DNA of 64,000 nt from Phallusia mammillata. Its lineage: Eukaryota. Below, piece after piece: positions 11,512 through 23,500 of the stretch. The stretch spans positions 15,996,001 to 16,060,000 of the forward strand of contig OZ281499.1 of NCBI GenBank assembly GCA_965637545.1, written 5' to 3'. Both the position numbers and the translations under genes were made by a program. Positions within the stretch are counted from its first letter, which is position 1, and every line of letters begins with the position of its first letter. A model generated the notes under the pieces. That model saw nothing but the letters and a program-made list of their open reading frames with translations, was not told where the DNA came from and made no database searches.

Positions 11512-14500
11512 CTAAATGCAACTCTCGCCTTCACAATGAGAAACTTGCCGTTCAAGGTCAGCCTCATTCACCATGCTTTTCATTTCTACAACCTCGCCAT
11601 CAAGAGTTCTGTTATTTTGCGAAGGTTCTGCATCTCGTGTTTCAAACAGGACGACCGCGCCGTTAGCGGACACTTGGGTGTCGTATGTTTGCCTCGAGCT
11701 GTCTGTGCCCAACCTTTTACGCCGCTTGAACATAGGAAAGCTTCGCAACAAGGCCAGCATGGCTAGACGCTTAGAAATGGCAACATGCTCGTCTGAGTCT
11801 AAGCTACTGGGACCTGTGGAGCTCCTGGTGAGAACTCGATGTGTGGGGTCTTTAGGTGCGTTATTGTTATTATGGTTGTTGTTGTTGTGGTTAGGCAGAT
11901 GTTTTGATTTGTCTGGTGATGGTTTAGCAACGGTATCTGCCAGTTTAACCGTAGTCAAACTGCATGTTGCGTGGTTCACCCCTCGCGTGGGGGATTTTCC
12001 TGAGACTGAGCCATTTTTAACGCATTTGTGGTCGATAGAAACAAGCGCAACGTCCCCATTGGTGTTCTGTTGGTCTCCTTCCACATATACTTGTATAGTT
12101 TTGCGCCTCTCCTCCTGTCGACTGCCACCGTCTGAGCGTTTCTCAGTGGGTCTCGCTTTTTGCCGGTCGTCCCCATACAAACTGTGTCGGTGTGTTTTGT
12201 AAAACGCCTTAGCATCTCTACGAAAGGATCTGAAAAAGAATAAGGGCAATAAATGAAAATGTAGGTCACATTATTTTACAAACCCAAAAATTCCATAAAT
12301 ATTTGTAAACATATTTTGCATTAACTTTACGAAAAAGGGGTTTCAGTAACGTTTCAATTTATTTATCGTGTTTACCTCAAACGGTTATTAATTTTAGATT
12401 TATCGAAGGCAATTTTCGCACATCAAGTAGAAACGCCGTCAAAATCAATTTTTAAACATTTTTCACATTAATTAAATAAAGACAACAACGTGTTCAAGCT
12501 CACCTATAATTTATTTCTAAAGTTTTTAAATTATAAGTGGTTATCGTAACAAGGACGGATGTGCACAACCATCTAAAAAATGTTCAAAATGGCTACTGCA
12601 AAAATCTTGAGCAACGAAAATAGTCAAAAAAATCTTACTTGGTCAAAATGGCGTAGAGGAATGGATTGCAACAAGCATTGAATGGAAAGCAAGCGACCAA
12701 AAGGATCTTAGCGGTCGACATCGAAAGCAGGGGAAGCCCCGCAAGCGCGAAGAGCGAGAAAAAACAGATCGGGAAAAAACAAGCAAAATCGGTGAAAACC
12801 AGCACAGCCATCCTCTTGGCGACACGAGCGTCGGCTTTTCGGCTGTTCATCACACCGTAACAGCCCTCTCCTCCGCTGTAATAAGTAATATAACGTTGGT
12901 TAGTAAATTGGATGTGGATAAAGAGGGCGTTAGTGGGAAGTTGAACCACTAGGGAAATTACTCACTACTTAGGCTTGCTTCTGATTATAATCAGTAGATT
13001 ATTCAAGATTGAATAATTATTCAAGATTGTCACGTAAAAATTGGAGGGTTAGGCAATATTTGTGGGGAAAATTATACGTGTTTTAAAGTATGAGATTACA
13101 AAATACCAAGGTAAATAGCAGTATACAAAGCTAAAAAAGTGTCAATTTTTGCTTAAAAATGTTCTTATATATCTCGGCTTATAGGAAACAGCAGGCCAAT
13201 GTTAGTGTATTAATGCCTAGTTCACGGACCGAAATGAATTCATGAAAGTATTGCCACTGTCCACGACCACCACATGCCGTACAAAATATTTCTGTACCGT
13301 TTTTAATATTTGGGCCCCGAATTTACCAATGCATATTAGACGAAAACTATCAACGGAACATGTTATTATTTACCTGTGAGAAGTTCTTGGTTTAGAATCG
13401 TCAGTCTTCTTGCTTTGTCGAAGTTTGAAAAACTCCTTGATTCCCCGTTCGAGCCCATTAGCGGATCTTACTATTGCGTACATTGAAAGATAACTTCCGA
13501 TCACTATCACAAATGCTACGATGTCAAGTGACAAAAGCGCCGCTACATAAGCTGTGCCTGTAAAATAACAAAGTGTTAGAACATTACTTTACGGAAAACA
13601 CAATAGAAATGTTTGAATAACAAAAAAATAACAAACAAATGTTGAATAGGTAGTTTTTGCTAAGCTGTTGTAAGGTGGCCTTTATAGGCGCTTTATAATG
13701 TTTTTAAAAGGTCTGTAAGTTATCGGATAATCTGGGATCGAATTTACAAAATACGACTTTAGAGTCATAACATACGTGTAAATTACAAATTTTAGGCAAC
13801 TGTTTCATTAAAGTAAGAAAGTAAGAAACCCACGTAAGACAATAGAAAAACTAAAATTAATGTTAAAAAAGAGATAAAAGTAGAAAAACTGTGCAATTAA
13901 ACAATGTGCATTTTTATGGAAGACCTTATTTTTCAATGGCATTTCAATTTCTGACTGTTACCAATAAACCAGGCTTAAAATTAGAGCTATTTTTCTTACC
14001 TGATGTGGTTCTAACATCCATTGGTAGACAAACTGCAGTTCGTTTGTAACTGTTCACTCCAACAACAGGCAGAGTTGCAAATAAAATAGCAAGCAGCCAG
14101 CCAACAAGCATAATGATTCGACCACATTTCAACGTCATCCGTTTGTCAAGCTGGATGGCGTAACGGATTGCATACCTAATAGAAAAATGCATGTTAAAAA
14201 ATTGGTTTAGACCTAAAAAGCTTATGTCGTTACAATATCTGAAAATGGTGTAATTTGCAAATATTAATTTTGAGTTTAAAAGTACGAAAGTATCGGCAGT
14301 CTGATACAAGTCAGTTGCTTGGGAAAAATAAAAGATGCTATTGTGATTTAATCTATTCTAGATGCTTCATATAGGAAAGTTGTTTATGAAATCTCACCAA
14401 AATTGGCGAAAAATGACAAATTAAATGGCGGACGTTGTTTTCACACTGTATGAAGCGTTTTTTATTTTTACAACTCTGCAGCTTTTATCGGTCATCGGCT

Positions 14501-17500
14501 TTTCCTTTTGCTATACACGTTTTGTTTAAGGATTTCTTATCCATGTTAATCTAAAGTCCAGACACAAATGCAGAACCACAGTTTGAAAACACACTTTCGA
14601 CGAAAATTAACAAAAACATGTGTTTTGAAAAAAAAAAAAAACGTTTCAGGACTAAGAATAAAGTATCAAATAATTGTAAAAAACAAATCATGAACTAAAA
14701 TGCAAATTCAAATTTGTTTTTACGCTTACCATCGCTCCAGAGAAATGACGCCAAGTGTGTAGACCGAAAGCTGTGACGAAAAAACCGAGAGAAAGCCGAT
14801 AACGTCACAACCCCCGAACGCTTGCCATTCCACCCCGAACTTATAATATTCCCCGGAGCTTTTGCTGTCCATGGCAGACAGGGCAAGAACGTAAATTCCC
14901 ATACACAAGTCCGCAAAGGCAAGATTCAAAATCAGGAATTTCGGAACCGAGAGATGGCGCTGTTGAGTCCTCGACTTGTCGACGGCGACCGCGAGCAAAA
15001 CGAACATGACGAAGAAATTGCCGAAAACAGCCAAAGTTGCGACACCCCATGAAACAACGACCAGTCCTGGGTGTCCTAGCAGGTTTTCGCAGGGATTGAA
15101 AACGTCTGGTTGGGGCGAACACTTAACGAGGTTCCTGTACACATGCTCCCTTAAAGTTCCATTTTTGTCACGGTAACACATCTTCGTAACCGTTGCTGAG
15201 CCATTGTTTTCGGTTGAGACGGTCGCTGGTCTCCAAGGTTGATTGTTGGGGTCACTACACAAGAATACTTGTTTTTAAACTTACTTCTAAGGCACGAAAA
15301 TCAGGTTTTTATATAGGCATTTTAATAGGGCCGGTACTAAGAATTTCGTAAATACTTTGAAACTGCGACGACTTTTGTACTGATTAATGGCAGAGAAAAG
15401 GCGGTCGTGGTGCATGAGTCATTCGTCGTGCACTAAACAAGCCTGACTGTCCTGCACCTTTATCGACCGATTAAATGTCCCTTGCTATGAAGCTAACTTT
15501 GTGCATCTTCTGTTCAAAGCAGTAAAAATTATCACAGCTTTCAAAATTGGAGCTTACTTTATTATTTTTGGTTTTAAAGATGGACAACTTTAAAGTTGAT
15601 AGTATTAAATTAGCCACTACAAAAATCAGAAATGTTCTGGAGTTTACCAACACAACAAAATATACTCCAATTTGAAAACAACAGATTTATCGCCAAAACG
15701 TGCAGTTATTGTCTGCAAATATACGTTCATGTAAATTTACCATGATTTCTGGGCTTGTTGCGACAATATTGCACTAATCAAAATATTTCTTTTTCGAATT
15801 TAATTACATCCGATAAGCTGTACACGAGAGTCAACCGGAAGATTAAAACTGTTTTGGCATGTTGACTTGGTTTGTTCACAACAGCAGACTTTGATGATTG
15901 CAATTACGTCACTAAGACACGAATTTGTTCGCGCCAATTTGCCGCGGGTCACAAACGGGAAGAATGTTGATTGGAATCTCTCTGGTTGATATACAAGCGT
16001 CCGGCTTCAATTAGCTCATAGCGGAAAATGTAGCACTTGTAACAATGCCTAATTCCTTTAATCTTTTTTATGCCTGCGTTTACCGTGAGGTCAAAATTTA
16101 TACCCAATTTTGCAGCGAGTACCAACAAACATATACGTTACAATAAAATTGTTTTTTGGACAAAACAATTTTGTTTATTATTGCAAGAATATTTTGTAAG
16201 ACCCGTAAAAAATTGAAAATCGGTAAAAAGTTGGATAGGTTTGGGTCTTTTGCATCAAACGTTTAACAAAAACAACACAAGATTAAAGTGTTGAAACTGC
16301 ATGCCTAGAACTATTCAAACTTAACAAAACACATCTGTAGATTAAATTAGCTCGTTTAGCAGTTTTAAGCTTGATGTTAGCCTTGGCAACATGCCAAGTG
16401 TTCGTTGGAAAGCCTTTCTATACAGCCTACATGCTTAATTATCTTCATAAGATTGGTTTCCCCTTCAATACACACAACGGCTGATCAATCAGGATATTCT
16501 TATCGCGGGATGCCGTTATCTTAATGAAGAAAAACTCATTTGTGCTCTTTACCCCTCAAGTGTGATTGAAATTGGAAACCCATAGCAACGCGTGTGGTCT
16601 TTAGCTCCCGTTTTCCATTCACCTAAACTCCTGTAGGCAGTAAAACCCCATTATCTCAAATAATGTGTACGGTTCTAATGCCTCCAAAAAATGCCGGTAA
16701 AAGCGAAACGAGGGAAAATATTTGAGAAAATTTATTTCCTTCCAACGACAGTCTTTTCTGATTTATACTCCTTATATTTGTTTTTTTTTCGCTGGTTTTT
16801 TCATCTAAGTTTACTGCTGTAGTTTTTAAATCAAAGGCGTTTCGCAGGACATTCTACCTTTTGAACGTTCGAGTAATTTAAGTAAAATTACATATGCCAG
16901 AAGAGCTCTTTATAAACTTGAGTTCAAGTAATTCTTTCTTTTTACAACTATTCTGGTAACCCTTTCCCCGCACACCTAACGACATGTTGAACATCGTGTT
17001 TTTACATTTGTCACAAATTTTCATACATAAATTGTCATGAAATGTGGAATCCATAACGTTTAAACTAACAGCCCATTTGGCCCATTACTCTAAAAAGTTC
17101 CTCTACGGTTTTTATAAAACAAGAAACATGGATGGGAATTTTGCAAAAAAGAATTGAATAAAATTTTCAAACCTGTCCCACTTGTCAGTGCTGGAGTCGG
17201 TGCCAAAGTTGTAGGAGGTGATATCGCCTGTACCCGCGTAGTCCGTAAGATCGTTTGTCTCTTCACCAGTGAACGAATAATCGTGAAAGATGATGATCGA
17301 TTCTGGGAAACAGAAATATGATAATGAACTTACGTGATTACTGATCTGGAGGTAACAACTTGGATAATGAAACAATAAACAAATTGAGTAAATTAGTGGA
17401 AAGGTTTGTGGAGACCATGATGCTTTTCAATTAGGTAAAGTATATTGACGTCATTTTTAACCTATTCCTCGTTCATGGCAGGGACCCAAATTTCAGATGG

Positions 17501-20500
17501 CACGTCCTCTCACAAAGGTTAGTGGCGTTTGTCTAACTACTTTGGAGTATAACGGTTGGACCACATATGTCTTAAAATGCATTGAACGAATAAAGTTAGT
17601 ATTTCCTTGGTTGTTACGCGACACCTCTTTCGCACCTTTTTATCAATCTTTCATATGACTCAATTAGTTATAAACGAGTCAACTGATGTCCCCCCATATC
17701 GCTGAAGATGACATGAGCATTTGCCGACCTGTTTGAATAATAAAGTATGTCGCTTTTTACGTCAATTAGGGCCGTTATGTTCCTCATTAAACTTATAAAA
17801 TTTGTGTACAATCAAGAACACATATTTGTAAGTTAAGAAAAGGTGTTTTATTCCATATGTAACTTTGGCAATAAGCAAGCTCTCAGATTCCCATGCCAAT
17901 GTATAGAATTTCACAGGGTGCCTTTGCAGATATGCATAACAGTGGTATGTGAATAACAAACTTTTTCGATATAACTTTGAAATCTATACGAAGCAGTAGC
18001 AAATGTGGACAAATCAATAATAAATTTTACTTTGTTGACAAATCAATATTAAACCTTACTTTAGGAACAAATCGAAAATGTACAAATTTTACTAATTTTA
18101 CTTTAAAAACATTCTTTTTTAATTCCGTGAACTTAACATACCGTTATCTATCAGTGGGTTCCAATCGTACGTTGACAAGTCTGAGATAATGTCACCATGG
18201 GGAAGTATAGGGAGCATTTCCGGGATTTCAGTGTCATCTGCATCACATGGAACCAATTCATCTTTATCTTCTGATTGGAAAATTGTCCCGAATCCGTATT
18301 CCTTGTTTAGGGCACAACAATGGGCTGGGTAGGTCACCTTGGCTTCACGTAAGGACGGTAGACCGTCAGTTTTAAATCGAACTAGATTTGCAGTGTCTGA
18401 TATGTCCAATATGGAAAGGCTGTCCATCCCCGTTGTTGGTAAACTTGAAATTGCCGTCTGTTGCAAAAACCTAAAAATGAAATAAAAGTTTATTATAATT
18501 TTAAGAATTTAGCTTTTTTTTAATCGCTACGCTGTATTTTTAGTTGACCCCGAAAGAGTTCATGCCGAAATATAACCACAAGTTCTGGTTATAGTAAACT
18601 GAAGCTTTCAGTACAATCAAATCAGTCCGTGTTTTTCGTTTTGCAATGTAATATAAGTAATATCGATTTCGCTGATTTAATAACATCCCCACTTCTTATT
18701 CAAATATATTTATAGCTAAAAAGGTTCATGTACTATTCTGAACAACCTAAAATATAAAATAGTATCTTTGATGCACTCTTTGATGTTGTACCAATCAAAG
18801 GTGCATTAGTTTCACCAGCAGTGCAAAATCACAGAAATCTCCATTTTTGCCTGTTTACTGTTTGGAACGCGCTTGGATTTTAATCGTGTTTAACGTTACA
18901 ACATTCTGGTGTGTGTTTCCTAAACACTAACCACCGTCAGTGGCGCAGCACTCCTAACAATCAAAGCGGATTGCATAACGCCATAAAAGTGATTGTAGAT
19001 TCGACCCAAATAAATTGCTTCAAGCAAACAATTTATTTACAGTTGAAACTTACGCATATTTATCAACTGTTTGTTGCCACAATATTTGTTTTATATAAGT
19101 TTTGTAGAGGATTTATATACATGAAAATGTGTACAAATTGCAAGAATATGTGTACAAATGTCGTACAAAGTATAAAACGTGCGTATATAGAAAGCGACCG
19201 TACAAGGTGTGGCATGTTCAAGGTACTTACAATTCGTTAAAATTGTCAATTCCAGAAAAGGCATGTTCTTGTAAATTATCCAGTGCGTCGTTGTAATTCA
19301 AGACTCTACAAAAAGATTTTTGATTTAGATTTAGAGCCTTTTGCGTTTGATTAAGAGACATAAGCTTAACGATCAAGGTAATAAAAACTTACAATGTTGT
19401 AACCCGACTTCCACGAAAAGCAAAATCCTCCACTTCTTTTAAGTTTGGGTTTGAAACGATTTTTCTGGAATTATATCAAGTATAAGCTATTGCTGCCAGG
19501 CATAGTATCAAGTTTATAGAGCTCTTCTGGCAAATGTATATTTCATTCCGACGTTTCGACGTCCTATACAAGACGACCTGTATAGGACGTCGAAACGTCG
19601 GAATAAAAATACATTTGCCAGAAGAGCTCTATAAACTTTATATCACGTATAGTGTTCAAAAATGTTGGGTTGGTTCGCATTGCCTTAGACACAGGCAATA
19701 AACAACGTTTTGTTTTTAACGAAACGTACCCAAACTGATCAACACAAGACCACCACATAACTTGCATATAGTAAATACATTCTTTGTAGGCGCTTCTACA
19801 AATTTTCGACAACTGCATGCCAGCACCAGTGCTACGTTAAAAGGAAAATGTATGTATGTATGTTAAAAAGTGCACTTGATATTGCATAAGCAATTACATA
19901 GTTTTTTAAGGAGAATAAATATAACTAAGTTATAGTAACGATTCTTTTTAAGGCCGCGTAACAGGGGCATTAAATCCCTCCCAAACGTAAATAAACATTC
20001 TATATAGGAAATCTCTGATGGTTATGGATATCCTAAAGGTGCCAGGCAATTGCAAAGATTAGTCTGACAAATCCGACACCATTAGCGATAAAATCCATCC
20101 ATTTTTAGAAGCTGGTATACCGCAATGACACTTAAATCGAAAATCGTACCATGCCCTGTGTGTGTCGATGGAACCTCACATTAAGTTATAAGACCCATGC
20201 AGTCGCCTTGTTAAAGTCCTAAGTGGGTGCATGGGATTTACCAATACACTATTACAGTCCTTAGCGTAATATATCTACGGGGTTTTTAGCTGGGGTGACG
20301 GAAGAAGGGAGTTTATGACGTCAACAATGAGACAATGAACAAATTACGTCATAAACGAAAATGAAATGCCAACAAATTAGGTCATTTTCATTAATATAAC
20401 GCTGATTTACTTAATGAATCAAATATCGTTCGGAAGCGTAGATACATATCAGATAACAGTAAAGTAATGAAGCACAGCTCTTTAGCTGTTTAAGCAATCA

Positions 20501-23500
20501 GGAAAAGCCGTGCCATAAATCGGATAGAATGATGTTGTGTGGCAAGTACTTACATTTTCAGCTCCACTGCTGTGATATTAGAAAACGAATCGCGATGGAC
20601 CTTTACTAATTTGTGGTTGTTTGATATCGTGCTGCAAAACAATAAGCAAGGTTTAAATATAAGAGTCCATCCTTATTTTCATGTATTTCAGTCCATCTTC
20701 ATATTTTTCATCATCTAAGCAACGTTTCAAAGGGTGACTTTAAAAAGAAACATATATTTGGTGCAAAGATTTTCACTGTAACATGCATTCAATATTCGTT
20801 ACTTTAAAATGCGACATTCATCTTATGTTGAGGTAAATGACAAAATGTTGGTGTACATTGCTATAACGTGATCTGATCTGTGACTGCATAAGCTAAGCAC
20901 TGTAACCCGCCACGTTGAAATTGAAAATTATTTTTTGACTTTATTGTTCCTTTTGGCCTACAAAGTGTATACGAACGAAAATCTGAGTGCGTCATGAAGA
21001 AAATGGTGGAGAACTATATATGAAACACATCGCAAAAGAAAATGGTAATCTATACTTGGGTATATTTAGACTCTGCAGCTCATAACGAACCGGGTTTACC
21101 CCCGGACGTCAATAAAACCAAAGCTTTATCTAGACAGGACGTTTCTCATCGTCGCGACAACTTAATATGTAGACGCATGTTGTCGCTTGTAACCAGCTCT
21201 AATATGTTAATAGCCTTGGGACGGCGCCTGGGGATCTTAAGTCTTTAATGCCAGGCGGAGCACTGCGACATACCGCATACGCATTACATCTGTGCTGAAG
21301 TCACCGTTGGTGTTTCTCCCTCTACGACAGTCAACGGCACAGGTTTGGTGATGCGCGACAAGGTTTAGTCATCGCCCAAAAGGCTTGTGTTTGCTACTGT
21401 GTTTTGCAGGATGACTATGGGGGACTAAAACAGTAACGCCTTGGTTTTATTTGACTGCGATTTCAACAAAAGAGTTTCTTTGCTAAACTTTATATAAAAG
21501 TTATTTAAAAAGACTCGTTTTGGGCGCGTTAGCGGTTCGACTGTCTACTCGCTTTTTGTTTTCCACGTAAGTCAATTTAACTTGAGTTGTATTAGGCCAA
21601 ATACTCAACTGCACTCGATTGTTACTGCTCATAAAACGTCAGCCAAATGGAAAAACTTTATGCGACTTCTGATTTCGCAATCCTTATCTATTCTGTACAA
21701 TTTGTCTCAACTCCAAAGCAATCTGTTTTACACTTTTGTATAATGTGGATTTCTGTAGGAATTGTACCCGTTTTTATATACTCACATCTTCAGAGGTCGT
21801 TCAAATGGACCCGTCAAGCCATTGAAGCCTTGGATCCTTGTGAGGCCAGTCTCCCTTAAAACTCTGCAAAATGAAACAGTGTAACTCATACGCCCTGTTG
21901 GTCGGGTTGGATTAGGTTTAATTTAGATAGCAATCTTTTGGGCGAACTTGGTGCTACAGATATACCAGATTATGGACGATTTCCGCGGAGTAAATTTATG
22001 GGTGACTATAGCGTTGAAACCTATACGTAATGATATCAAAATTTTTGCTTTCCCATTATACACAATTAATTTGTATCACTCCAAATTTCTTTTCAAGTAA
22101 TTTGCATGAAGCATGTGATCATAAATTTAATGAAAAGAAATGCAAAAAATGGTTATTAAAAATAAAGCCAAACATTTTTGGCTCTTTTTAAACAAATAAG
22201 CGCCAGCAGCCTTCTTAAATGGATGTGGTTTGCTTCAAGCACCACTTTAAAGCACAATGTTTTCATTTAGGCTAAGCATTGCGGTGTACATTTATGTTTC
22301 TAAAAACAATAGGTAGTTTTATTAAACTTTAGCATGTGAGTTTTGGATTTACTGCTTAAGTTAAAAACTAAATATGGTTTTGTTTGAAGAAAACTTCTTA
22401 CACATTTCGAAGATTTGGTGCCCCTTGAAATGCAGATTCAGATATTGTTGTGAGGCTTTGTACGTACTCGATCGTCCTGCAATAAAAACAATGGTGAATA
22501 ACAACGGTGAAAGATTGATGACTAAAAACACTTAAATTCAAATGAGACTTGAAATTTCCGGCTCATTTGCTTGCCCCCTTTTAGGTTTGGAGGTTAGATT
22601 TGTTTTTTGTCATAAGGTTTTTATAACAAAGAAATTAATTTTAAATTAATTTTTGGTTTGTTTGTGGCCATATTTGGAATTAAACGGACGTTCCGACCAA
22701 CAAAGGCTTGAAATAATTTATGGCTTTTTTAATTTCTGCTTAACGTTATACTCTGCTAATAATTAATATTTATAAGGTAACCATTGTATTGTTCTATGAC
22801 ACTTTACATTAGCGCCTCTAATTTTTTTTACAAAAATAGAGGGTAACATAAAAATTTTGTTTTATTGGTATTTTTTACACCAAAGTACATTTCGGTTGAA
22901 ATCTTGTCGCAATACCGTGCGACCGTATTTCCATTGATTGTCTTTATTTTATTCTTTCAGTCAAAGAAAGTACAAATATTGATGTAGATAAACCATGGTA
23001 TTTACAAATTGTAAACCATTGATTTCGATCTCAATAAAAGTTGTTTTATGTCATGTAATTATACCAACCCTAAAATGGTTGAATTGATTGTTAATTAAAC
23101 TGTCTTCAAACGCAACTTCTGATACATTGGGCAGTGGAATTACCCTACGGGCCACGGCTTAAACGAAGCAAAGTGAAGCGAGTTTACTGATAAGTGATTA
23201 GCACTGCAAAAACAAACAATTGCAAGGCCCCCGGCAAAGCGGCTTCGACCACCACTAAGCAAGAATCAAACTTGTTTTAAGGAATATTCACACAAAAAAC
23301 TGTAGGTTAACTGCACTTACGCCCCAAATTATTTCTCAACATTTTGGGGTTTGTTTTTTCTGCCACAGTATAACCATTCAAAGACTTGATGAGGATACAA
23401 TAGAATTATAACACTATGGACTTAAAAGTGTTGTATGTGGTACTGTGGCCGAGGAGTGTATACACTCTAATAATATACGCCCTTAACTTTAAACATCATT

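Noticed and set aside
11573-12202. 209-aa plus-strand ORF
   Set aside because: Antisense shadow of the last receptor exon; no recognisable motifs.
21520-21545. GGTTCGA B-box-like word suggesting a tRNA or SINE (also 39686, 60832)
   Set aside because: No cloverleaf or properly spaced A-box; no tRNA or rRNA genes were found in the window.
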